A stretch of DNA of 62,543 nt, filler included, from Choristocarpus tenellus KU-1152 (Eukaryota; Protista; Phaeophyceae), in the NCBI GenBank assembly GCA_964200185.2. It is 9 parts of 9 records of this genome, joined end to end, with 100 filler letters (N's around TTAATTAATTAA, not from the genome) between each part and the next. Parts side by side here need not be neighbours in the genome. Positions count along the whole stretch, not along the records: positions 45,911 to 59,805 come from CAXNAD020001332.1; positions 59,906 to 62,543 come from CAXNAD020026064.1; 7 more parts are not named here. One strand, written 5' to 3'. The first letter of the stretch is position 1, and each line of letters opens with the position of its first letter. The notes below the pieces were generated by a model. That model saw nothing but the letters and a program-made list of their open reading frames with translations, was not told the DNA's origin and searched no databases. Shown piece by piece: positions 46,146 through 60,014 of the stretch. A program made the translations under genes and the position numbers.

Positions 46146-47970
46146 GAGGTACCTAGGTTTTTGTCGTTGTGCATTTTAAGCCATTTTTTAATTTTTCGCA
46201 CTTCACCCATTTTTCTGTGGTTGAACCGGTAAGTTTGACTTCAAAACGTTGATTTCTCTATTGTTTGAAAATTTCGACACAATTCAGAAAATATCCTACA
46301 GATTTGTCAGTATCCATAAAATGCAACTCTAAATACCTCTCGTTTACTTTCACTCGCCGACGATCAACTTGGACGACTGCACGAATGGACCATTTATATC
46401 TTGTCATCTCCTCTTCTGTTATCCTTGTGTTGGTGGAGTGTATATATACTTGAATCTATTAAACAGAATCTATGTATGTACACATACTATGTCTACATAC
46501 ATTATCTTAATCTTAAGTATATAAGAAGGGACTGCAAACAGATTGAGCACTATATTTATATTAGTCAACAAAGAACCAATGCATCGCCTACATCCACCAA
46601 CAACACCTCCTACAAAATTCTAGTTCAAACAGCCCTGCCATGTACCTCTATGATTACACTCCATTACCCATGCTTGGAGATGCGTTCATGGAGGGCTACC
46701 ATGGCAGCGACTTTATACACCTATCAGTGGACGGTCTACTAAAATATACCAATGTCAAGCAAAGATCCTACAATAATGATTATATTATGCATCATCTCCT
46801 TTTTATGTTTATGCTGTCAATCATTTATGAACCTAAGCCATACACAACAACGTATACTACCAACTGCATACTATGTGTAACATGAACAGCTACACGACAA
46901 CGGCCATTTTTCCTCCTTCTCGGTGCTACATGATGCTTCGAAGTAGTAAACTACCTGCAGTATATTATCTACCTTACAGAAGATTTACAAAAACCATCAC
47001 TTACTCGCTGCCAGCAGAAACGATCATCATGGCCTTCAGAAACTCCATCTCCTATAATCCACAAGGAGTCAAAGTAAACGAGAGTTACCCAGGTTTTGGT
47101 CGTTTTGCTTCTTAAGTCACTTAAAAAAAAAATCTCTTGCAGTTCACCCGTATTTCTATGGATGAAGTGCTAAGATTGACTTGAGAATGTTGATTTCTCT
47201 ATTGTTTTAAAATTGTAGATAGAAATGAGAAAAACACTAATACATTATTTGTACAAAAAGTCGAATTTTGTACATTCTTCTTTCTCGTTACCTTTCACAA
47301 ATGGAAACCTATATACCGCTCGTTTACTTCGGCTTTATAATATTGTTTACAATATTGTATAGAGCCACAAACCACTCGTTCCATCTACAAGAATATAGAG
47401 TACCGAGTTTGGGGAATTTTTGAACCAAACGGATTGAGAGAGAGGTAGGCAGGATTGCATTTTAAGGATCCAGACAATAGGGCAAATAATGACATTTCGT
47501 ACAATTGGAGGAAGGGCCTTCGCTCAGTTGTGGTGTGTGGAAACATGGATTATCAATTTGTGTACACTAATGTGCACATGAAGCAATGAAATATAGTTAA
47601 TTGTATAGGGTAAGAATGACTTTTTAGAATGCAAAAGGGTCCTAACCTGCCTATCTCTCAAATGGTTTTGCTCTTTCACAATATCACGTCAAAATTCTAT
47701 TACAGTTTTTCCTTATTTCTTTATATTTCTTCTGAGATCTGTACATTTCGACACCCGACCAGTGTTGTTAGCAGAAGTGTTTTCAGAGACAGATCACCAA
47801 CTAACGCGCTAAAATTTATAGAGAGGTACCTAGTTTTTGGTGGTTTCGCATTCTATGCCAGTTTCTCGATCTTTTGCTATCCACCCATACTCCTGTGGAT
47901 GAAGCCCTAAGTTCGACTTTAGAGGGACTGTTCTCTCTATTGTTTGAAACTATTAGACACAATTCAGCAA
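46146..47970 (+). repeat. Three diverged direct copies of a ~150-bp element
   Basis: Copies at ~46146-46290, ~47082-47233 and ~47821-47970 share TACC.AG.TTTTG, CACCC.T.....TGG.TGAA, TAAG.T.GACTT and TCTCTATTGTTT.AAA. Confidence 0.7.
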
Positions 47971-48889
47971 CTGTCCTTTTCGCATTTATAACCCTAACCC
48001 CGAAATTTGTACATATTCGCTGGGATCCTTAACATCCAACTCTGGATAAGATCTCGCCCTTCCTGTCAGCTTGGAAAACCCGTTGTGGGCAGAGTGGTAT
48101 ATTTTTGTACAATATACCTTGAACGGAAGAAACCATTCCATGTATTCCATTAACAGTTTCTTTCTTGGTCATACTCTACCTTCAAAACAAAACCAAAACA
48201 ATATATAGAGCACTCAGCTAAGGTGAGCGGCCTTTTGGTCTGACAAGTACATTACTGTGGATCTTTCTTCTGAGCATTGATTCTTCCAGCTCTGATGAGA
48301 CACAATCTCTTTCACGGCATAATGCCAACTGAACTGTGTACAAAAATTCATACTATGTAGTAGAGGTCCTGTCCCATAACACTCAGGTCTACAATAGACG
48401 CAACACATGTCAATTGAGTCCCATGACACTGAAAAACCCCAAACAAGGGTAAAAAACCTTGTGTTGTCAAAGTATTATCGTGTCCAGAGTGTGATTTGCA
48501 TCCACTACCACAGGGCCCACTCAGATGTGTAATATAGCCACCCTTGAATTTATCCGCAGGCACTATAACTGCAGACAAATCTCAGACATCAGCATGCTAC
48601 ACGTTCAGGCAACTACAAAACCAAACCTGCAACTGCTACTCAAACAACCAAAACAGTCCATACTTTGTTTTATGGTACCTAACTACCTGAAACTGTACCA
48701 CTCTCTTAGCTGCAAAATCTGGCAAAACTATTAATACCATGTAAGACCTAACATATATACACAATCCAAATACACAGCTAAGCACAGGCCCAAGCAACCA
48801 CTGAAGTGACCCACCAATACACACTTCCCCTTCGTAGTTCCTCAATCCCTCCCTCCCCCCCACTGGCTAACCAGTAATATCATGACAGG

Positions 48890-51800
48890 CTAGGATGCTG
48901 TTGATGACGTGGTTGTGGAAGAGGAGTTGGAAGACATGTTTAGATAATATTGGTACCAAGGCAACATCCAGTCATTGTGACGAGCCCAGATGTGATATGC
49001 TGTGGAATCAATTTCATCGTACAAGGAGGCAGTCTTCTCCTGATTGGCAATCTCCCAAGCTCGAGTCTTCAGAGCAACTGCCACCTACATGAATATGTAT
49101 ACATACATAAGAGAAGAAAACAAGGGCGAGAGAGGTTGGAGTTAGGGGCAAAAGTGAAAATGTTGTGCATGAACTACTGCAAGAGTATCACATGTTCTCA
49201 TGACCTTGTGTCGCTCTATTGAACTCTTTCATGGTAGTTTGTACTATTAATATGTAGCAACATGTTTATTAGGGTGTATTTCAATCCATCCTGCCGGAAG
49301 GGAATGTGTCATTGCAAACAAGAGCGCAGTGGGAACGTTTTTTTCTGATTATTTTTTTGAAAGTATTTTTTTACTGCTCCTGTCTTTAGCAGTAGTGCAC
49401 CACAGTAGTACATACACCATACTATTGTATATCAAACACAGACAAATCGCTTACATTCCCTCTTGATTTGCTAACAAAAATACATATCAAGACCCTCAAG
49501 TCTAGTATCCCATCCAAACTCAGAAAGGATCACAACAATTAATAAAAACATACTGCTGTAAGTGGACAGTGTAAAAAAAAAAATGCTCAACAACATTAAC
49601 TATCATGTTCAAAATTGCCCCGAAGTCTCCATTCAATACCTACTAAGAAGCACACACACAATTGGTCAACACAGCAAATACTGCCTAAACATATACTATC
49701 AAATCCAATTTTGATTTGCCCCCCTGTCCTCATCCCTCCTCAGCCCAGTACATCCAGATAATGAAGGAAATATACTAGTGTAGTGACACCATTCAAAACA
49801 CACATGGCACTACAATTCTAATTCCACTCCTCTTGATTGGGTATGACTCCAGGCAATAGGTTCAGTACCTACACTAACATTGTACACAACAGATTTAACC
49901 ATACTGGAACTACCACCTCAAGTTTGAATATTATGTTCTTGCATACATTCCAACTGGATTTTCTATTGATTGTTTATCATTTATAATAAAACCCATTAGA
50001 AAATAGTGGATTATTGATTATTCTTATACTATAAAATCTAATAAAGCCCTATTTATTAGTTTCTAAAAATCACATTTGGAAATTGGTTGATTTTGAAGTT
50101 TTTACTTTGTGGTTATTAGAACATGATTTCACTCCGGGGCCAGATGCTCCTAACAAAAAAAAAACATGGCAGAATGTTTCCAAACTCTCCAATTTTTCCA
50201 GGATTTCATTGGAAAGGGATAGGACCAGGATTCTTGAAATTACCTAAATATTTAAGAACAATGGAATTTTGGAAATACAAAGTTGTTAGGACAGGCTACG
50301 CTTCACAAAGTCAAGTTGGTGTATCACTACACCACCACCCTTACAATATTCGCCCATCAAAGACAACCAATCAACACATTCCTGTGCGACACCTCCACGG
50401 TACTCCTTCTCTTTCTTTTTTTTCTGACCTGTGGGAAATTGTCGATCACATTGAGCTCTTCTCTTGGGTCTTCTTTCAGGTTGAATAGGTAGTCTGCTGG
50501 AATTTTTTCGAGTTCATCCACACATGTCTTCCCACAATCCGAACACTCACCTCTTATACTACACAAGTTGCCATTTAGAAGGTGATCCTGGAGCACAACA
50601 GACAAGAGGAATTGAATTCAAATTTACATGTACCAACAAAGGGTCTTCAGCAGGGAAAATATGAACACCATGCCCAACCCCCCTCTCCCTGGTTTCATTC
50701 GGAAGTACACTGCATAGTGCCACAGAGCGCTCTGTAGTGCTACACATTACAAAACCAACACAGCGCTTCAGTATTGCAAACCACAACACAGTGGTCGCAT
50801 TCTTTGTGGAAGACCCCTTGTGATCAACGCAGAACTTGAGGCAACTCTGGTGAAGACCAAAATACCACTGCCCTCATTGCAATCATTGTACCAAGGCAAT
50901 CTTCTGCACACAGCACCCCTAACATCTTGTCTACAGCATATCCCCCCCCCCTCTCCCCTTCTCCCAAGCTGCTAGATGGAACTTGGAGGCATGGTGTCCA
51001 GGAACTGCCGATACAAGGCCACTTGATACCAAGGGAAAGCGAAACTCCGACCACTGCTCCAACAGACACACAGATCTATCTACCATAAGAGTGCAGGATA
51101 TCCAACACTATCTGTACAACTTGGCTCAGATCCTCCAGATCCTCAACTATTATGTGCGTTAAAAAAAAAAAGACTTGGCACTTAATCAAGTTTGCTGCTA
51201 CATCGAGGAAGCAAAACAAATTTGACAAGATTGCTGATCACAAAGGCAGGGATAATCAAACACACCTTACAGCGAGTCTCTTTTTTCAATCACACACAAA
51301 ATAAAAATAATAGTTAAAATCATTTTTTGTTTTTTCCTTATAGCTCTAATCCAAGACCATGGAGGTTCTCGAGCATCACACACTTATCATTAGCCCACTG
51401 AGGTTTTGCATGAGCTTCCAGGCGTACACAAAGGCAAAATAATGGGAGGATGTATTGGTAGTGGCACACGCCATCCGACACCATAAACAACCAGAAAATA
51501 GAACTGCACTTCTGCACTAGCACTCAAACTCTAAGTCAACCCACTAGAGCTGTGAACCTTGAGGACTTTTAAGGACTTGAAACATTCAAAATCAACCCTA
51601 ACCTTAACCCCAACCCTTGTTAGATGGTTTCTCTCTTATCACAATTAACCAAAAATCTGGATGGGTCATAGCACATGGAGAGTGAGTCACACAACTGCAA
51701 CAAAAAAATTCAATCTATGGGTGAGGGACCCTACCTGACGTAAAACCTCTCATTCTTGAGACCAACATTGTTCAAGAATACATTCTTGTCATCACATGCA

Positions 51801-54800
51801 ATATAAAGAGGCAAATCTAACCAAATGATCTGTATCAAAGTATACATACATAATACGTAGATGTGCATATCGAAATAATTAAAAGTCCGCAAGCACTAAT
51901 TCCATGCAGTTGGTTCACAGCTCTACAATATTAACAGATCAGAATGGACACAAAAAATGGAAGCGACCCCTCTCATTCGTTGATTATTCTTCAATATACC
52001 TAACCCTAATCAATGACGGGGTCAGTTCCACCTTGAACCTAACCCTAACCCTATCCCTAACCCAATTCGGTATGATCAGTGTTGATTGTATGTTTTATGC
52101 TCTTAATTCTTTTCTCATTACAACCTGACCTGACCCTAACTCTAAGACTAGAAGCGATACAACAATGATGTCCCGGGAATCATGTTAGACTTCGCTCGGA
52201 TAACCCTAACCCTAACCCTAACATCGGATCACTGGGATGGTGTCTCTAGCTTCTTCGTATCATGCTTTTTTTACTCATTTTTTTAAAAGAAAAGAATAAT
52301 AAATCAAAATGCATCTCGAGATGAAAATAATAAAAACACGCAATTGCAGAGCTTTACCGTGATCGTGTTGTCAAAGGAATAGTATCCAGTGCACCACTCA
52401 TTGAAGATCATCTTCCAGTCACCAGACCTGAATGCTCCCTTGGCTGGATATTCAACCAACCTGCATGTAAGAGACAAGATAAGATAAGAAAAAGAAACAA
52501 ACGAAGAGCAGAGTTCACTTGAAAAAATAAAAAATAAACAGGGCATCAAGAAAGAACAGAAACGACTCAAGGTTCTGACTACAAAAAAAAATGGGAAGAA
52601 AGAAACTGTTTGGACCCTTCCAAGACCCTTCAGAGAACGATAGAAGCAAGCTACCTTTACACTATTCATTGACCAAATTATACAGAGTTTCCTCCACCAA
52701 CAGTAGTACGACATACAATGCTTAATCAACAACTAATGCTTGAAAGGTAATTCCAAACTACAAACACGTTGCTGACATGAGGTACACCTTTGAAGAAGCC
52801 AAACCATTTATTTTCATTGTTCACGCCTTCCATCCCACAAAATTCGGGTTTTGACATGTCTTCCAGGCGATGACACTTTCACTTTGAGGAGAAACTGGTT
52901 CAAGGACTACCTCACCCCCCCCACACAGTAGTCACTAAAAGTTTAAAAAATCTTGTGTAAATATCCTTCAACGAGGAAATTGACCTGTGGCACTTGATGC
53001 TTCTACTAGAACTTCCAAGGCGACAGACACCCACCCACATTATTTTTGCTACCAAAGCCCCAACCCTCCTCTCCTCAATCATCACTAGAATTCAAATTGT
53101 TAGGGTTAGGGTGAGGTTACTTGTATCAAGAATTTATTTTAAACAAAAAAAATGTTTTTACGTAATTAAAAATAGACCTTTAATGGTGAGTCAAGCAATC
53201 ACTATATTCAATTGTTGGGTTTGGGATAGTGATTAATATCAAGCATTTGAAATTTTTCTCAAATGGATAATTCAATTAAAGTGAAGAGAAAAAGAGCAAC
53301 CCTTCACCCCACAACATAAAATAGCTCTGCCCTTCACCATAGCCTTGACAACAGTCATGGATGGATACTACCATACTCCATTAAAGGACAAAACAGGTAA
53401 CAGCATCAAGGTCAAAACACGTTTCCATGAGTAATATTGATTCAGAAAATATATACACTGATATTAAAAAAATTGAATAATGATAATGATAATACTGATG
53501 AAAATCGTGTATGCCCCCCCCCCTCCCCCGCTCCTCTGCCCATGTAATGCTCATTACATGGCAGGAACTGAGAATGCAAGTCTTAACCCTATCATCCGCA
53601 ATTTTAAATAATGTGATCACTATCACGTTCCACCCTAACCCTAACCCTATCATCCGCAATTTTAAAGAATGTGATCACTATCACGTTCCACCCTAACCCT
53701 AACCCAATGAAAACTACAGCACAAAATAAACTTCTCCCTAACCTAGCTTTGAATCAACCCTTACCACATTTTCCATCTAAAAAACAAACCCACCGTTTTG
53801 CTCACAGTAACGCCTGCCTACTATAAATAATGACAATCACACAAGTCATCTACCCAGAAGGATCACAACATCCTCCATGCCTCCCATCTTAACCCTAACC
53901 CTACCCAACTCACCCATCATCATCATCCCACTGGTACTCGTCCCAATTGTAGAGCAGTTCACTGCGAGGGTCCATGTACACGTCATCTGATGGACGGCAA
54001 TCAAAAGGCCACTGGTCCACACCATCCAGATCACCAGCCCTATCATAGGTTTATAGTATTTATAGTGTCGTATCAGAACGAGAAAAGAACAACGGATGAA
54101 ATGGAAATGGTATGGTGAATGATATCACACATGCAATGCACGACCATTCTACATTTGGTAGCTGTAGTGTTGCCTGTAACCTATACAAAGTATGACAAAA
54201 AAAAGTGGTGTTCACTATGACACATTAGCAGGCAAGAAGTAACCACCCCCAGGAAATCAAGACCCTTGGTGTGCAAGAGAGAGCTTTGGACCCGATTGGA
54301 GACTGGCCTACTTCAATGCAGAAAGCATCACCCAATCAAAGATTCCACCCATCCATCATCCATCGAATCAACATGATATCAAAAAGATTGTGTATCATAG
54401 CTTGTTCATCTAAATTGCACATCAAAATATAACCGCCCGCCTTAAAAGAGCCAAAATTATCTGAGTATCTTCTGTACTTTAGTACATAGCACACATGAAA
54501 AGGAAGAGGAAGAGATTGGATTGCTAAATCCAGACTCAACCGAGATTGACTACTGAATTTATCTAGACACAGGATGATCGACACAGGATGATATGGACCT
54601 ACTCTAGGGTAAGTGCATTATGAAAGCACCTCAGAAGTATCCCCATCGTCACAAATTGAATTAGGCCTGAAATCAATTAGTGCAGGGCATGCCACACTGA
54701 GAAACCAGGTAACTTTGAGGTACTACTTTGATGGGTCATCTTATTGATAAAAAGCCAGAGCAAGCACCCTGATGATTGTTGACAAACATTCTTTGACAAG

Positions 54801-55934
54801 AGCGGTACCCTGTAACCTCTGAGGTGAGGTGAATCAGCCTATTGGTTCTCAGAATGCAGAGAGTTGAACCAACATGACACGCCTCTCGAATGATGTCAAA
54901 TAACCTCAAATAACCTCAAATAACCTGATATCAGAACTGTAGCACACACAAAAGTATCACATGAAATCTACGCCAAACCTCACATGCCCTCTGTAGTATT
55001 CCATCCCAAAGCTGAGGCAAACGTAGGCAGCCAGTCCGTGACGTGCATGAGCTTGTTGTATTCTGTTCCTCTATGATCAAGGGGAATGTGACTCTGGGAG
55101 TACACAAAGGCAGGCACCTAATGCATAACAATGCCCATGCAAAAACCAACAGATAAGATGCTAGAGATGCCATGGTCATCTCTACTCACAATGCAAGTGA
55201 AGTAGACAAATAAATGCCAACAAGCAGTTAGCAACTCACATCTCAAGGGCAATACCATCCTTAGATTATGTATGGGTAGAGCACATTGATCATACATAGG
55301 GTTAGGGAGGGCTGCACTACTAGTACAAGGAAATGCCGTATCATAGAGACAGCTGGTTGATGATACATAGAGCTAGGGGTGGGATTAAGGTTTATTGAAA
55401 ACGATATTACATAGTGTAACAATGAGAAGACAAACTCATACAGAATACTTGAAAAACGTACCGCTATCACACACGGACACCACCACAGTCAATCTCACCC
55501 TCCAAAGTGAATGCAATTTGATATTCCCATGGGCAACGCAACCTCCAAATAAGTAACACAAACCACACACACCACCCTAACAATAATGGTGAGAAAAAAG
55601 CAGTCGTAACAGTAACAATATTCAAACCAATGACAATAATAATAAAAACATAAAATATATATTCAAAATAATGCCCCCACCTTGTTCCCACCCTCAAAGT
55701 ACATGTGCTTTACACCACGCAGAGGATAGTTAGTTCCCCCATACGTTGGACAGCCCCCATTGTCACTAGCCACTACCACTATTGAGTTCTCCAGCCAGCC
55801 CTGCGAAGTGAGTACGTCCATGAACTGTCCAATGCGTTTATCAAGGTACATCAGCACCTCTGCAAACCTCTTTCTGATCAGGTCATTAGTTGGGATACGG
55901 TCCAAGATTTCCTTCTCCTTGTCTGAGAAGGCAT
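48890..55934 (-). CDS. Arylsulfatase (S1 family, ARSB/I/J-like), 3' part
   Basis: Phase-compatible exons 55681-55934, 54984-55117, 53914-54039, 52358-52460, 50429-50587 and 48890-49084 (TAG). Motifs: SDNGG, NYPLRGVK...EGG, VPAFV, MHVTDWLPT, LDGVDQW, GAFRSGDWK and LFNLKEDPREE. The CxPxR exon was not seen in the window. Confidence 0.93.
53584..53705. repeat. 58-bp tandem duplication with CCCTAA telomeric repeats at its junctions
   Basis: 53584-53641 and 53642-53699 differ at one base. Each unit starts TAACCCTA and ends CCCTAACCC. Confidence 0.9.
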
Positions 55935-56495
55935 CTGTATCACAAAGTTTTGGATGTTTTTTGGGATGTTTTTTTCGTTAGTCTAACATGAGGTTAGCCT
56001 GCCAAAATGGGTCAGAATTGACACAAGGGCTTTCAACGCTGTCATGAATTGTTGGACTGATTGTTGGACGGCCACGATAAAAAACATTAAAAACATCTAC
56101 CAAGAATGATTTTCACATAAATAACATGAATAACATCAAGGAATTCAACGCAAAAAATCTTTTTTTTCATTGAAGTTACACCCTTACTTTAGTAGAGACT
56201 TATTGAACAAGAGGCGGTATATATATATTTTTTATATTTTTGTGAGTATAAATAAGTGACGCACACCAAAATTTACAGTGGTTTGAATGCCCCCACTCTC
56301 TGTGGGACTAAAGTATTTTCTCCGAATTGGGCCCTAAAACGGCACATATCTTAGGTTCCACGTTGAGTTAGGATGTCAAACCAACATGAGATCCTGCTTC
56401 CACCCATGTTTCCCGACCACATTTTGTTTTTCTAATTTGAAATATTCCAGAAGATATTTCAAGAATCTTCATTACCACTTCCCTAGGTAGATACG

Positions 56496-56565
56496 AAGAC
56501 ATTTCAATATTCTTAATTAGGGTTAGGGTTAGCCTAACCCTAAGATATTTCAATATTCTTAATTA
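56496..56565. repeat. Head-to-head telomeric insert (GGGTTAGGGTTAG/CCTAACCCT) flanked by a 24-bp direct duplication
   Basis: AAGACATTTCAATATTCTTAATTA (56496-56519), a 22-nt insert (56520-56541), then AAGATATTTCAATATTCTTAATTA (56542-56565). Confidence 0.9.
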
Positions 56566-56868
56566 CTACTTCCCTGTGTAGTAGCTGTGCAGGTGCACTC
56601 ACCTCCTTTGTAAACCGATGGCGATAAAGTATGTGGTTGGTTCTGTAAGTGCCTTTACTTGGTCAATTTGTTCATTCATGTGGTTAAGGTTGCTGATTGC
56701 ATACTTGTATCAAAGTGTGCCCTATTATTAGTCCCTTAGAACATTGTTGTTCTATTGATTCGATCTGTATGGACGCATATTTCTTGTTCCCAACACAATA
56801 TACCTTCTTTTTTTTTCGTGAATACATCTTTGGTTGTTGTAGCGCACAGTAACACCGAGAAGTTTTTA

Positions 56869-57892
56869 GAATACACCATTATATCACACTATTAGATTAC
56901 ACTATTGTATTACACTATTATATTACACCATAATATCACACTATTATATTACACCATTATATTACACCATTATATCACACTATTATATTACACTATTGTA
57001 TTACACTATTATATTACACCATTATACTACACCATTATATTACACTATTAGATTACACCATTATATTACACTATTGTATTACACTATTAGATTACACCAT
57101 TATATCACACTATTATATTACACCATTATATTACACCATAATATCACACTATTATATTACACTATTAGAATACACCATTATATCACACTATTAGATTACA
57201 CTATTAGATTACACTATTAGATTACACCATTATATCACACTATTAGATTACACCATTATATCACACTATTAGATTACACTATTGTATTACACTATTATAT
57301 CACACTATTAGATTACACCATTATATTACACTATTGTATTACACTATTATATTACACCATTATACTACACCATTATATTACACTATTAGATTACACCATT
57401 ATATTACACTATTGTATTACACTATTATATTACACCATTATATTACACCATTATATCACACTATTAGATTACACTATTGTATTACACTATTATATCACAC
57501 TATTATATCACACTATTAGATTACACCATTATATTACACTATTGTATTACACTATTATATTACACCATTATATCACACTATTAGATTACACCATTATATT
57601 ACACTATTGTATTACACCATTAGATTACACTATTAGATTACACTATTATATTACACCATTATATTACACTATTAGATTACACCATTATATTACACTATTA
57701 GATTACACTATTAGATTACACCATTATTTTACACCATTATATTACACTATTGTATTAACTATTAGTATACACCATTATATTACACTATTAGAATACACCA
57801 TTATATTACACTATTGTATTAACTATTAGTATACACCATTATATTACACTATTAGACTACACCATTATATTACACCATTATTTTACACTATT
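56869..57892. repeat. 13-bp-unit minisatellite, consensus TTACAC(C/T)ATT(A/G)(T/G)A, roughly 79 units
   Basis: Continuous variants such as TTACACCATTATA, TTACACTATTAGA, TTACACTATTGTA and TCACACTATTATA. Confidence 0.97.
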
Positions 57893-60014
57893 GGTACATA
57901 GAATTACGACAAAAAATAATTGATATCTACGAATAACGCACAAGGGTTTCTTAAAAAACACCTACGCAATGGGTTTTTTTAGCGTGACAGCTGCCTTTTC
58001 TTAGTTCCAGTATGCTGTACCTCAAATTGTCACCTCCTAGCACCTTCAAAACTTGATTGTACCACTCAAAGAGGCTCTGCTACACCCTCTACAAAGTAGC
58101 TGCGCCATACCCGCCATACACACTATTTACCCCTGTCACAAGGCTGTCTATTGTACCTTAATGCTCCCTCCAAACTCTACTTTTTAGGGATGCGAAGGAC
58201 TCAAATTGTCCATATATTGACATCAGGTAACTGCACAGGCTGCATTACGAGCTTGGCGTTCCACCCCCCCTCCCTCCCGACTTTGTTGAGCTTCCGCAGC
58301 GTGTCCTTTCCCTAACCCTAACCCTTTCCCAAATGGGGGGCCGCTCCATCCTGCTGCACAGTCACCTCCTAACCCTCCAACCACGGCATTTTTCCTTCAA
58401 TCTGGAACAAAAAGTCTCCACGTACCACTCTCGTTACCACTCAGTGTTGATGATCACATCCAAGTCGTACTGCTGCCCCCCCCCCTTGCATTGATCCAAA
58501 TTTCTCTGCGCCTACTTGATGGCACAACACACACCAGATTACAATCTTGCTGTCAAAATGTCAGGAATTTTTATTATTTTATCTGGTCATGAAACAGGAC
58601 AGATGAGCATCACCTTAGGAAAGTGACTCTTGTGCTGTACTTTGGCGGAGCCCACCCTTTTCTCCCCGGGGCAAATGCGGACACACTCCCCATCGTGGAT
58701 GATGGTAGAACCATGCTCCATCAATATGAATTGCGATTGATGCCACTTCTGTAACTGTAATGTAACTGTAACTGATGCAGTTCCTTGCTGCTCGGTCAAG
58801 GATGAAATCTAACCCTAACTCTTTCAACGCATCAGTGACTTAGGGTTAGGGAAATGCGCTGTTTCACCTCCTTTGCGTCCATCACTTTGAGACATCACTG
58901 AAGCTTTGATCCGCCAGCTAAGATAAGATACCGAATTGACTAGCTTGATCCACAGTCGATTGAGGGTCAGGGCTCGATTTACAGCATGGACATTTCAAAA
59001 TATTTGCATGCTTTGTCGGTATCAAGTCCGATGGCTTCCTGCTGATTTTGTGACTCTGATTTCAAGCGGAATCGTGTTGCCATTGCCCAACTGTTTTTAA
59101 TATCTCGTACAAACACACATCCACAACTGTCTCAGATATTGCTCGCCAACTCCAAACTGCTCTGCCAACTCTGGTCCAACACCTTCATGAAGTCATTTCT
59201 CACCAGGACATAGCACGGAAGCGTCGGCATATGATCAGCACGTATCGACCTTCCTCGCCCAGTTTGCAATTCTTACCCTAGGCCAATGGGCTCTCAGTGA
59301 AAGACAGCAGACTCATCAGAATGGCCATATTGGCTACAGGACTCACGACGCAGATGGTCCGGAGGCTACCAAAAGTTGTACGGCTCTTGGGGAGGTATTG
59401 CAACTGCCGCCGGGCACAGTGCAGTCACTGAAAATGGGACCGAAAAGGACTGTATTTTCTCATTATTTCCGGTCCCCCTTCTCAGAACAGACTCAGAACC
59501 ATTTCAGAACAAAAAAAATCCATTCCGAACCATTATATATCCAAAGCTTCAATTTGAGTCATGCATCACTCAGAAAAGCGTGTGTATTTCTGTAGAACAC
59601 AGTCAAATCAAAGAGTGAAAATTCATAATGTCGTTAGACTCATTGGACAGAGAGAGAGAGAGTATGGAATGAAAACTGACATCCTAATGTAGCAATCAGA
59701 CCGTAGGATCACCTTCAAATCACAGTACAGTGTGCACCAGGGCGCATAACATGAATAAGGTCCCCCCCCTGTCGCCCCAACTCCCCCCACACGCCCTGCT
59801 TTACCNNNNNNNNNNNNNNNNNNNNNNNNNNNNNNNNNNNNNNNNNNNNTTAATTAATTAANNNNNNNNNNNNNNNNNNNNNNNNNNNNNNNNNNNNNNN
59901 NNNNNTTGAGTGGGTCGGCTACCGCGGACAGCGCGACAGGAGGGGGGGGGAGGGGGGGGGGGGGGGGAGGGAGAGTCTGAGGTGAATTCACATACCAGAC
60001 TGTGTGCTCTTCAG

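Noticed and set aside
56603-56642. Candidate extra sulfatase exon (NQPHTLSPSVYKG, minus strand)
   Set aside because: Splice sites and phase fit, but the peptide does not clearly match the expected sulfatase H-x-P motif, so it was left out of the model.
56869-57892. Y/H/I/T-rich ORFs and a possible CRISPR-like array
   Set aside because: These are translations of a 13-bp minisatellite. There are no unique spacers and no cas genes.
58400-59350. Coding-like, stop-riddled segment interrupted by telomeric hexamers
   Set aside because: Probably a decayed element, but no recognisable motif allows a call. The same applies to 8264-9420, 12660-14700 and 18900-19120.
3495-59905. Repeated TTAATTAATTAA motif and gene neighbourhoods across N blocks
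   Set aside because: Artificial contig joiners. ORFs ending in LIN or N and any cross-spacer clustering (for example NLR next to transposase) are not biological.
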